This document shows, piece after piece, positions 1 to 11,031 of a stretch of 64,000 bases of DNA. The notes beneath the pieces were generated by a model that was given only the letters and a program-made list of their open reading frames with translations, was not told where the DNA came from and searched no databases. This DNA comes from Blasia pusilla. Lineage: Eukaryota. Position 1 is the first letter of the stretch. Each line of letters begins with the position of its first letter. The stretch is from NCBI GenBank assembly GCA_050084515.1, contig CM114271.1:19592001-19656000 (forward strand). The letters are read 5' to 3'. The translations under genes and the position numbers were made by a program.

Positions 1-48
1 CATGTATTGGGCATTGTCTCCGGAACTTGACCAAGTAAAACTCCTTAC

Positions 49-1026
49 AGCTCCCACAGATAATTTGAAGCCTCGTGGTTACCTCCCACAAAAACGGTGG
101 GGTATGGTGCGATCTCCTTTCCTGAATAGTACTTCCAAAAGCTCCCCATAGCTCGGTACTTGACTGGACAAGCAAGGGATTCCAGATCGTTCTGGTTTCG
201 TATCGCCTGCATCAAGAAAAAGCGATTGTTGAGAGGTTTTCCTCTAGAATGTAATGAAGAACCTCCCCTAAAAGTTCACTGACAATTCAGGCCAAACATG
301 ACAAGCTGAAAATGTAGGAAGAACACCTGAAAGTCCCCGCAGCAGATCAAGAGGTCAATTTTCGTGTTCTCAACGCGCTCCAAGTGCTGCAAGGTTGCGT
401 AGATGTTCTCAAGGTCACCGTGAGCGCAGCCTTCCACTGCTATCTGTTGGATACCCAAATAAAGAAAGATGGAACGTAGAGTTCTCGTGTTAAGCAACTA
501 GTACAGCTACCATTCCATTCCCCTTCGTATCCCAAAGCATCTGATAGCCATTCATCGTCAAGCATTTCCCCAAAACCACCCTCTGCCCTGTTCAACTCTA
601 CCGGGAACACACCACATTTAAAAAGAAGAAGAAGAAGAAGAAGAAGAAGAAGAAGAAGAAGAAATAGCCCCCAACTGAGCTGTGTGCTGGTGAACGACAG
701 GTTTTTGATGAAACGGCCTTCTGTCTGCTGCTTCATGAACTAAAGATGATGGTCATCGACATAATGGTGCACACATTCAGTACCTCCACATATCTACCTC
801 TATCAATGGGTATGCATTGTCGGCGACTTCTGTGGAGAGAAAACCGACTCTCCACAGATGTCGCGAATCGATTCTTCCAGTCAACCAAACAGGTCAGCTC
901 AAGATCATCAGCCTCTGAAACCGAATTGAATTAAACTCGCCATCTTGTCGCAAGGTGCTCGCAAATGGTATGTTCACATCCGGAAGAATCAAAGTCGGGG
1001 CAAAAATACGAGGAACACACCTTCAT
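49..1026 (-). CDS. DBR1: Lariat debranching enzyme, 5' coding exons (gene continues off the left edge)
   Basis: GT-AG exons 1026-1021 (ATG AAG), 443-327 and 206-49 join in frame to [94 protein letters not shown]. This carries the GCxHG, GDFQ and GGNHE metallophosphoesterase motifs of Dbr1. Confidence 0.95.
623..663. repeat. (AAG)n microsatellite, about 13 units, in DBR1 intron 1
   Basis: Uninterrupted aagaagaag run; it explains the poly-Leu in ORF 440..736. Confidence 0.95.
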
Positions 1027-1500
1027 CTTGAGAAGAAGCTTGGGTAACGGCTGCACTTCAAAATTCTGCTGTCTCTCACAGAAACCCTCGTGAGTTGCTC
1101 CTGCGTCCTTCCATCCCCTTCTCCATACCTTTCACATCACCAGACACAACATTCATTCTTTCATTCATTCATTTACCCACTTCCTCACATCCACCTCGAG
1201 TCTGTCTAGTGTTGGGAACAAGGGAACCCTAAGCTCCAAACTACATAATCGGCGTCCAGTGGCACTTTGTGCCACGTGCAGTCTTACTATTCGTGTGTCC
1301 CAATTTCCTATGTGGGTTCGTTGTTATTGTGACGTATCTCTAGCCTCCACGTGGAAGGACGCTCTCCTTGGGGACGTGATGAGCTGCAAGAGCTGGAAGA
1401 CAACGCTTGTTGTGTTTGCACACTCTCGATAGAGTGCCTGGTGAGTGGAGTTTGCTGATAATCCTCTGGGGTGTAAAAAGGCGCATTGATCGATTTGTGG
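1027..1500. promoter_or_regulatory. Probable shared bidirectional promoter and 5'UTR region of DBR1 and PSMG3
   Basis: Divergent start codons at 1026 and 2018. Telobox-like AACCCTAA near 1225 and a G-box CACGTG near 1274. Transcription starts are not visible in the sequence. Confidence 0.5.
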
Positions 1501-2017
1501 ATGTGGGCCATGAGCAGACAGGAGTCCAAGAGATCAGCAGAGAATGGCCAGGTGGTGTTCTGGGGTTCACTGTCTTGGGTTTTTTGGGATTCCTGTCTAC
1601 GTTTCGTGATTTTGTTTTGGTGTAGAGTGAACTGAAATCGATTTTTTTGGTTTTGGATGAGAGCCTCGACCAGACTAGGTCGTAGGTTCTAATCTGACCG
1701 TGAGTGCTTCCCATGGGACCGAGCACTGAAGAATAATCTAATGCAACAGCTTTGGCCGATCGCAAGCCGCAAGGACCCCAAGGGTTTATTGGTTCTTTTG
1801 AGAATTTCCGTTGACTGAAGCATGCGCTTGGATCGTCTGTGGGGTAGCGTAGGCTCCGTCTGTGGGGCTTTGTTGGCTGCGTGTCGACTATGCTGGAGAT
1901 TTTGTTTTGGGCTCAGTCGTGTCGATTGTGTGCTTGGGGTTTCGAAACAGAGTCTGATCAGTTGAGAGAGGGAAGGAGGAGATTGTGGTTCTGACTTGGC
2001 CAACATTGGCGCCCTCG

Positions 2018-4796
2018 ATGGTATTCCCTGTGACGTCCAAGAAGGTTACGACCTCCATTCAGGTGAGGTCTCAGGCAGCTCTGTCTGTTAACAAGAGCTG
2101 CACTTTCTGAGCATCTATTGAAATTTGGAATCTACTCTATTCCTCTCATAGTGCAGTTTTGGTGGTGCTGGTTTGGCATGCACTGTTTCTGGAAGCTTCA
2201 GAATTTCAAGTCCCATGGTACTCTTGGGTCCCCATGGACAATAAACTATAATCTTTCTCATGGACATCACTCCTAACCAATCAATTAAGTCGACCTGAGG
2301 AGCCATTAAAATTTGGGACTTTCTCTCTTGCGATGGTGATGTTGGGGATGAAACCTTAAGGCACTATCTGGTCACCGGTTCGAAATTTACAGCACTAAGA
2401 GCAAAAACGTACTCTGAAATTGATAGGCTGGTACTACCATAGCTGTGGTCACGTTCAATTGCCTAGAGCCACTATCCAAAGCTGCTGCACTAGCATGTAA
2501 TGCCTTTTGGGAATCATAATCAAGTAAGGTAGACACTGTTGGAAGGAGTTTTTTAGGTCTACACCAACACTTTGTGTGCTAAGCTCTCACACTGTATGAG
2601 GAAGTTTCCCTCCTCTCATATGGTACTTTCTTATTTTCAGCCCTCCTCTGTCTCTAGCTTCCCAAACTATGGCGGGCAGTCTACGGCTACGACAGCCATG
2701 TTTTAATAAGAAGTCTGGGGAATATCTCTCTAGACCTATAAATTTGTAAAGTCATGTCTGTCTTGCCTCTAGAGGGAGCACCTTCCCTTTACTTGGATGA
2801 GGCTACCACACAGAGTCTTTCTTCAGTCACCCTTTCAGCAGTAATAATTGGCCTTTTGGGTCCTCTTGGTTTCTTTGTTGATGGTCTCCCAATATCTTTC
2901 CATGAATGGATTTTTTTCTTCTTTCTAAGAAAGAATCTGTACTGTCATTCCTCCTGATATGAAAGCCTTTCTTTTGGGATGGGGATTGTTTTGGCAGGAT
3001 GTGAAAACGGAGCTGGTCCTTTGTGGATATGATGACTCAATTCTTGTAAGTTCTTGTGCTTTTTCCAAGAAGAAATGTCAAATGGGTGCGAGCTCCTAAT
3101 GCTACAATTGCTTGGCCACTGGAAATGATCTATTATGAGGATCCTAGTTTGGTGGCGGCAGGAAGGAGCCCATTCAGAAATGCTATTTTCTTGGACGGCA
3201 ACTATGGCCATGATTCGCTGCTGGAAATCACATCGCAGATACGCCTAGGATCTCTTGTGAATGGAAATGACAAGTTGGTGCTGGCTTGCAGGTAGTTGTT
3301 ACCCAAATTGGGAAGATGGGCACCCTGATCCATGCCAGGTGCATCTACTTATGGCTAACTCCCCTCCAAAAACTTTCAGCCGTCCTTGCTTGTGTTGTCT
3401 TCAAGTGAAGGAGTTTTGAATCTTGATGTCAATTCTGGACCTACTTCGATTCCAAGGGCTGGAGACAGAGTAGCCAACTCTGTCATGGCAGGTCGTTGGC
3501 AATTCAAACTGCAACGTCCACTTACTTTCAGTAGATATAATTCTGGCATATGTCACATGCTGTGGGTGCTAACATGTGCTGGATCCTTTGGGCTTCAGGA
3601 AAGAGGAGACCTATGGCGGAGGACCTACATTCAATGTGCAGATACTATTGGGCAAGAGAGATGAGGTACTTTTGGCTTACTCTGACTTTCACGCAATTGT
3701 CATGGTACTGAACTCCGGGTTGTGCACTTCAGGATCAATAGTCAACGTTCTCCTGCATGTTTCAATCAGTATTCTCTTACACTGACACGCAAAGGTCAGA
3801 TGTAATGACTCTGCTTTCCACCACCAACTTGGTTTGGAAATAGACGATGTTTGCTCAAATCTTCACTCATTTACAATTTGGTTGACTATGGCCGTTTTCA
3901 TCCAATCAGCGTCACATAACAATGTCACCCTTACTCACTGCACGGAATATTTGTGTTGACAGCCTTTGTTGGTGGCTTGTGCAAGACAAATCATTGAACA
4001 TATGAGGTATGTATTACTCACCTGCAATTGTCCATTACGCATGGAGCAAATTCTCACTTCGTTTTTTCAAGATTTTCAATCTGTATGCTAATAAGCATGT
4101 GGTTACCCTTTGTGAGTTTATTCTAGATCCCTTGGTTCTGAATCCATGAATTCCACATAAAGAGAAACAGATTTCTTGATCTCTTTTTGCCATTCTAGTT
4201 CACAGAGCCAATGATCTTTAAACTCGTGTGCTCTCTGCCTGCCTTTACACCACATTCCCTGAAATATAGTTTAATATATGGAGGCAAACTCATGGATGTG
4301 TTTCATTCTATAATGAACTAGACTGATCTTGCATCAGTTTGTGTCACAGTGATAGCGGTGCGACACGACCTCTTGTTCTCTCAATGGGCTTGAAAGACCA
4401 TTCTCGGGTAAGAAAGTGAACATTGGTCTTTTTCTAGTCAGTGCACTTCACTTGATCACACACAGACCTGAAGATGCCCTCTCGACTCTTGCGTCATGAG
4501 GGCATTGTTAACTACTATTCATTTGTGAACAAGCGCTCTTCCATGTGGAAAGTTGTGTCTTCCAGGTCGGCTGTTTTTATGACATTCATCCAGGGATAGT
4601 TTTACAAAGCTGGTAGATACTTGTTTGTCATGTGATTACTGTTTCTTGAAGCAAACAATGGGTGGATGCTTCCCTTTTGCCAAGAGTTTGCCAAAAAGGT
4701 TGAACAAGCATTTAATGATTTCTCCAAACTTGTGGATGACTGCAGGAAACTCTGAAGAGCATTGTGGAGTTCATTCTTGCCAACAAGATATGGTGA
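2018..4796 (+). CDS. PSMG3: Proteasome assembly chaperone 3 (PAC3), 7 coding exons, 119 aa
   Basis: GT-AG exons 2018-2062, 2998-3045, 3292-3338, 3599-3665, 3963-4006, 4350-4407 and 4746-4796 join in frame: MVFPVTSKKVTTSIQDVKTELVLCGYDDSILVVVTQIGKMGTLIHARKEETYGGGPTFNVQILLGKRDEPLLVACARQIIEHMSDSGATRPLVLSMGLKDHSRETLKSIVEFILANKIW*. TQIGKMGT, LGKRDEP and SMGLKD are PAC3 motifs. Confidence 0.93.
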
Positions 4797-5563
4797 TCGC
4801 TCTTCATTGTTTCCTTTCTCACAAGTCTTTTGGCTAACTGACAAGTTCAAACATTTCATCATTGCTGTCAGCTCCCTGTAATCTTAGCAAAAGCAGAAGG
4901 GCATGGACAGCAGAGCTGCAATGGTGCTGTGCGTCAAACTTGTTGTCCAGGGGTAGGAGGTTATGGATGTACTGAGCATTCAGTGGGTATGATAGGTCTG
5001 GTTCAGCTTGTACGAGGATCATACATGTCCTGTCACTGCTTGTGGACATATACTCAGCCTAGTCTTTTGTAGCACTCCAAACTAGGAAATTCTCTACAAT
5101 GCTGCACCTCACAAAAGATGACAGCAGGTCATACCACAGATGGTTCCATCAAATGCCCAGAATGTATTCATTCATGTCACATGAAAGTAGTGTGGCATTG
5201 AACTTCGAATTGAGAACGTGATCTCAATGGGGATCAATCTCTAAACAAACAAATAGGCTGCTCGCAACCACCGCTCCAAATGAAAATCATAGCTCAGAAT
5301 TTATAAATGCAGACTGGAGTGTCAAGAATCCCGCCTTCACCTACACATGCTCTGCAGTGCTATGTGGGCAGTTCAGTTGTGATTGTCTCAAGTTTCCCAT
5401 TCCTAAAATCTGTTGCAGATGATTGTATCAGAATTCGCTCATTTAAGGAAACGACTATCCTCTTCCTGGAAAGCAAGAGGCAGGAAGTTCTTGACTGACA
5501 TGGGTGAATGGATCCTTACCTGCTTTCTGTTGAAGGTGCTGATTGTTACTAGGGACCCCTGCT

Positions 5564-5687
5564 TTTCAAATGGATAGGAGATCTACTGTGACTGAATAAC
5601 ATCATCTTCGTTTCAAATGGATGCGAGATCTACATTGACTGAAAAACATCACATTTGTTTCAAATGGATGCGAGATCCACAGTGACT
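5564..5687. repeat. 47-bp tandem repeat, about 2.6 copies
   Basis: TTTCAAATGGAT recurs at 5564, 5611 and 5658. Confidence 0.85.
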
Positions 5688-6974
5688 ACAGGTGCCCAAG
5701 ATCACTTCAGCACGGAAAAGACAGTAGTTGCGGTGGTCACTCGAGAGCATAACATCAAATTCCCAAAATTCATTTTACTGATCCAAGTCCAGAAAAAATG
5801 ACAGTCGATTGGTGGGATAAAAGCAAGCTCCGATCACATGCAGAGTTGTTGAAGTTGCAGAACTTCCCACTATTGCTATCTCTCAAATCCACCAGTGGAA
5901 AAATGCTCTGGAGAGCCAAGTTCAGAATACCCAACTAAACAAGTGCGAGCTCCTGCTGCAAGAGATGGGCATGAGCTCGAACATCGCACTGTTTGCTTCT
6001 ACAGTTCAAGCTTCCATCAGCTCAAGTGAGACTGCTACAAAATTTAAGTGAACTTTCGTTCCAGACTAATTTCGAAGCTACAGACAAAATCCTGGAGGAG
6101 GAGATTGAATTCTAGTTCTCCAAGAGGAACTCCATCCTCTCCCCTTCCCCACCAAAGTGGGAGAGGTAGGGTTTGCCCACTCTCTACTGCTATGGATTCG
6201 CAAGCAGCTCCAAGCTCTTGGAGCAGGCAGGTGCTGCTGCTTCTGCGGCCACCATATGTAGTTTTTTGAGAATAAAATAGTTGAGAAATATTCATTAGAC
6301 ATTATCACGTATTGAGTGGATTATGTGAAATGAGAGGAAGAGTTTTACGTGGGCACATGAGAGTTTGGCAGCTGCATTGGACAAAAACAGTGACTAGTGG
6401 ATCAAGAGATTAAGATGGAACACCACTACCAGATGCACATTTAAGAAGAGGTAGACCATAGGACAAACCCTTAATTACTTCATAAAGTTGGAACTACTAT
6501 GAACTTAGAATACTTTCTTGTCCAATGTCTTCATGTTCTGAGAAGGTTGCAACCGATTGGAATTTGATTACATCACCACAAGATTTTACAAACCTCAAGG
6601 CTTACAAAACTCACAGCGGTCTCTGAAAATCTCTGCAGCTCAACAACAGACAGAGAAAGGAGGAATGTGACAAGAGCGAGTAAGTGCGGAAACCTCATTT
6701 CCAGACATGCATGCTGCGCTTCGCTGCCATGTTCCAACCTAATCCCACCCTGAATCCCACAATCGACAGGCGTGCTGCAAAACGCGCAAATACCATAACC
6801 GGAGTCCAAAAACGGGATCCGATTGCGCGCCATTCTCATCCAAGCTGCAACCACAGATTCAACCTCTCTTCAAAGACGCGACAAAAAGTGACATCTGTAG
6901 CATTCTTTCGCCGTTGCAGACCAATCTACCCAGACCTGGAAGCTCAAAGCGGACGACAGCAGTCCGCTTATGCA

Positions 6975-8055
6975 GAGAAAAATAAAACAAAAGTAGTGAT
7001 GAGCTTCTTCAAACTGTCTTCACAGAGACATAAGCAAAACTAAAATAGAAGCAGAACAGAAGAGACGAGCTTCTTCAAACTGTCTTCACAGAGACAAACA
7101 AAAATCAAACAAAAGAAGAAGAGAAGTGATGAGCTTCTTCAAACTGTCTTTACAGAGACATAAACATAAATAAAACAAAAGCAGAACAGAAGTGATGAGC
7201 TTCTTCAAACTGTCTTCACAGAGACATAAACAAAAATAAAACAAAAGAAGAACAGAAGTGATGAGCTTCTTCAAACCGTCTTCACAGAGACATAAACAAA
7301 TATAAAACAAGGCAGAACAGAAGTGATGAGCTTCTTCAAACTAACTTCACAGAGACATAAACAAATATAAAACAAAAGCAGAACCGAAGTGATGAGCTTC
7401 TTCAAACTGTCTTCAGACATAAACAAAAATAAAACAAAAGCAGAACAGAAGTGATGAGCTCCTTCAAACTGTCTTCACAGAGACATAAACAAAAATAAAA
7501 CAAAAGCAGAACAGAAGTGATGAGCTCCTTCAAACTGTCTTCACAGAGACATAAACAAAAATAAAACAAAAGCAGAACAGAAGTGATGAGCTTCTTCAAA
7601 CTGTCTTCACAGAGACATAAACAAAAATAAAACAAAAGCAGAACAGAAGTGATGAGCTTCTTCAAACTGTCTTTACAGAGACATAAACATAAATAAAACA
7701 AAAGCAGAACGGAAGTGATGAGCTTCTTCAAACTGTCTTCAGACATAAACATAAATAAAACAAAAGCAGAACAGAAGTGATGAACTTCTTCAAACTGTCT
7801 TCAAAGAGACATAAACATAAATAAAACAAAAGCAGAACAGAAGTGATGAACTTCTTCAAACTGTCTTCAAAGAGACATAAACATAAATAAAACAAAAGCA
7901 GAACAGAAGTGATGAGCTTCTTCAAACTGTCTTCACAGACACAGAAACAAAAATAAAACGAAAGCAGAACAGAAATGATGAACTTCTTCAAACTGTCTTC
8001 ACAGACATATAAACAAAAATAAAACAAAAGCAGAACAGGAGATGAGCTTCTTCCA
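6975..8055. repeat. 66-bp minisatellite, about 17 copies (some 62-bp variants)
   Basis: Unit GATGAGCTTCTTCAAACTGTCTTCACAGAGACATAAACAAAAATAAAACAAAAGCAGAACAGAAGT repeated head-to-tail with few substitutions. Confidence 0.97.
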
Positions 8056-8526
8056 TTTGCCTTCACGGAGACGAATTGACACTCCATTGAAATGTTCTCG
8101 AATCTTGGGCAGCAGCTTCACTATGAAGAGAGCTGGAGAAGCAATTCTCCAAACAAAAACTTTTTGTAGCTAACAAGCGCCAACTGCAGAAGTTGCTGGA
8201 TTTCTTTTTGCATTTCATCTGGTCATGTTTGGAAAACCAAATCATGATTCATGTCTCTAAGATTCCTTTCCCATACAGCCTCAAATCGGCCACTTTAGTT
8301 TGTGGTAGAATCCATCTTTCCTACACAACCCACAAATCCTGCTGGCGACCTCATTCTGAGTGCTGATCTCACCCCAACTCCACATCTCTCACCATGAATA
8401 GAACTAGAAAAGGAACTCCAAATACAACAACTATTTTGGAACAATCCTCCTCCACATTCTCCTCATCCATCACAAGAGTGGGCACAGTCTCACCCCTCAT
8501 TATACCTTCACCCCTAAAGACTCCCT

Positions 8527-9154
8527 TGTCGTGCGCATACATATCGCTACACAACCCACATCGCTGGTCACATCTACATACCACATAACACCGATCTTCC
8601 CCAACATACGGGTAGATCCACACATAAATGAAACATAATCACGCATATACACTAGGACCCCACAACAAAATCAAGAGTAGTAAAAATGGCTCACCTGGCC
8701 TAAAACTCCACTCATGAATCTACAACGGCATATCAAACCACATCCACCCTCTGCTATGAGGGAATCCGGACGCTAGTACCCTAACTCCTACACATCCACA
8801 CACGTCTATGCAAGAGAGGTGCTCCTAAGGCTCAACATGAGAAAGATGGCTTGAGAAAGCCATCTCTCTCACTCTTATGCCCTTGGGAAGAGCCAAAAGG
8901 CTCTTCCCCCAAAACTAGCCCTCCCAACGGTAACCTGCATGCACAGGTTACCGGGTGACCGTTGACTCGGTCAACAAGTCACCTAACGGACTAAGACCAA
9001 AATAGGGAAATTTCCATAAACAACGTTTCATATACAATAGACCTGTCGCCAACCTCATCCAACATCTTAGGATGAAGTTACATCCAAATAGCCGGCTGAC
9101 TCTCTATACCGTCGACGCGATAGAACTCTACCTACGTCAAACTAAGATGTGAAA
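8527..9154 (-). mobile_element. 3' LTR (628 bp) of a gypsy-type retrotransposon
   Basis: Begins TGTCGTGCGCATAC on the + strand and ends AAGATGTGAAA (decayed TGACA). Both termini match the LTR at 59060-59702. Confidence 0.75.
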
Positions 9155-9156
9155 AT

Positions 9157-10670
9157 TGTCGTGCGCATACACATTGCTACACAATCCACATTTCTGGTCA
9201 CATCTACATACCACATAACACCAATCTTCCCCAACATATGGGTAGATCCACACATAAATGAAACATACTCACGCATATACATTAAGCGTGGTTAATGTAT
9301 ATGCGTGAGGTTGCCCACAACCGCCCCCCTACCTGGAAGTTGGATCCCCCCCACTCCAGATAGCACACTCATATGCACCCAAAAAGATCTCTATCCTATA
9401 CACATCTAGCACCATCCGTGTCGTCATCCCCGCAACACTACCATACTGCAGCAACGTGTCGTGTTGATCCCTCCGAAGAGATCTAACACTCTCGTACCTT
9501 GCTCCAAACATAGACACGGCTCCACACATGCCTCACGAGCTCGTCTGCACTCCACATATCTCACCGCTCGTCCCCATCAATAATAACCAAGCTCCGCACC
9601 ATGGAAAGAGACACCGTGGCGTGTCTCTTCGTGAGACTATATGCTATAGGAATGTCCTCCGCATGTGTCCTCCTCTCCCCAAACCCTCATGATCAGAGAA
9701 TACTACATGTGAATACTGCCAACGTGGTCATTGTATCCTCACATGGTCGACTACCACTACTCCCTGCAAACTACACCGCTAGATGGCTCACCCATCCATC
9801 ACCTAATCGCCACTGTGGCCGATAAGAAATTGTCTCCTCCCAAAAATCCAGAATGAAACCTAGAGGATACAACACCGTACTCCCTACCAACACATCATAT
9901 GACTCTGTCGGTGTTTAATCGCCCGAGTGCGCACCATCGCACTATCCATCAGGAGTTAGTGATTAGACTCAACTTTGGCTAGAGTCTAATCACTAACTCC
10001 TGCCGAGTCATGTACTGCGTGGGTGATACACCCCCAATAGAGGTTTGTATCTGAAAGGAACAACATTCAATGTCGCCTTTCCTTAAACCCAATGCCAAAC
10101 ACGCCGCTGTCCCTAACGTCAAGGATTGCCCTCCTGAATCAAGTAAGACGCGATGCGGGTGGTACACCGTACCTGTGGGACTAACCAAGCAAAAAGCTCT
10201 TGCTCGATTATCCAACAACACCACACCTGGTGTGATCATAGCTCGCTCTATCGCTGGCCTAGCTGACACATCTACCAACTTTGCCGCCGCAACATGCCAT
10301 GACTCAGTGGGGAATGTCTCGAGCACATGCTCCAAGGGAAAGTCCACCACCTCCTCAACTACCTCTAAACAAGAGGCAATCACCTCTCCACGCTCACACA
10401 AAGTGGCGGCCAGCCGGAACACATCCGCTCGTCCAACTCCCAATGTCACCAACTCCATGGAGGAAAAAAACATAGCGTGGCTCACCCTAGTGGCCACCTC
10501 CAACAACATGGTCGACACTGGCTCCTCTTGAGCTGGCATAGGAGTTGTCTCTCCAACTCCTTGTGACATCGACGCACATATCCCACTTATTGGTACTACT
10601 GGTTTTCTAGGCACCATGGACGATATATGTAGTGCCTCTCACAACGTGAACGATTGGGGAATCCTAGCCT
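9157..10670 (-). mobile_element. Internal region of the same LTR element: LTR-end copy, polypurine tract and degenerate gag-protease; no RT seen
   Basis: ORF 9979..10617 has the aspartic-protease motif VLLDSGGQ and continues past a stop/frameshift as YDVLVGSTVLYPLGFILDFWEE. A C-rich tract at 9321-9329 reads as a purine-rich PPT on the minus strand. Confidence 0.75.
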
Positions 10671-10676
10671 ATTGTA

Positions 10677-11031
10677 TGAAAGACCTACAGTCATAAAACA
10701 CGTATAGAATCACATACAATCAAGCCAAACCCACTCCACAATGGGAGAATCTAGGTCGAAGCTTGCGGGAAACACCATAGCCAAGGGCTCTACTCACTAC
10801 CAAGGCTAACTCCCAACGCACAGGCTCAACTCAAAGAATCGATGTTCTTTGAGTGCACTCCACCTTATATCCTCCAACCTAAGAGCGGGCCCTCTTGGGA
10901 AAGTCACCCCAACCGAGTAACCCCAACCCTATGTATGAAACCGCATCTCTACCAAGCCACTACGGTCCTACATAAGGAATGGCCTCTACTAGCACACTAT
11001 ACTCTACGACATAATCCGTATGGTCATGACA
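10677..11031 (-). mobile_element. LTR terminal fragment of the same family as 38276-40169
   Basis: Highly similar to about 39810-40169 and ends in the same GGTCATGACA terminus, directly abutting copia RT sequence. Confidence 0.85.

Noticed and set aside
440-736. ORF with poly-Leu resembling a signal peptide
   Set aside because: It is the translation of the (AAG)n microsatellite inside DBR1 intron 1.
5840-6300. Protein-like fragments possibly from an LRR or other pseudogene (also 8090-8220)
   Set aside because: No recognisable motif, consistent strand or splice pattern.
6975-8055. CRISPR-like regular repeats, and 22-aa hydrophobic repeat ORFs on the minus strand
   Set aside because: There are no unique spacers and no cas genes, and the context is eukaryotic. 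The ORFs follow from the 66-bp period and are broken by the 62-bp units.
8527-9329. DIRS/Ngaro tyrosine-recombinase element, suggested by the split-repeat layout
   Set aside because: The related elements encode an aspartic protease and a DDE integrase, have TG...CA ends and a TSD, and no tyrosine recombinase motif is visible.
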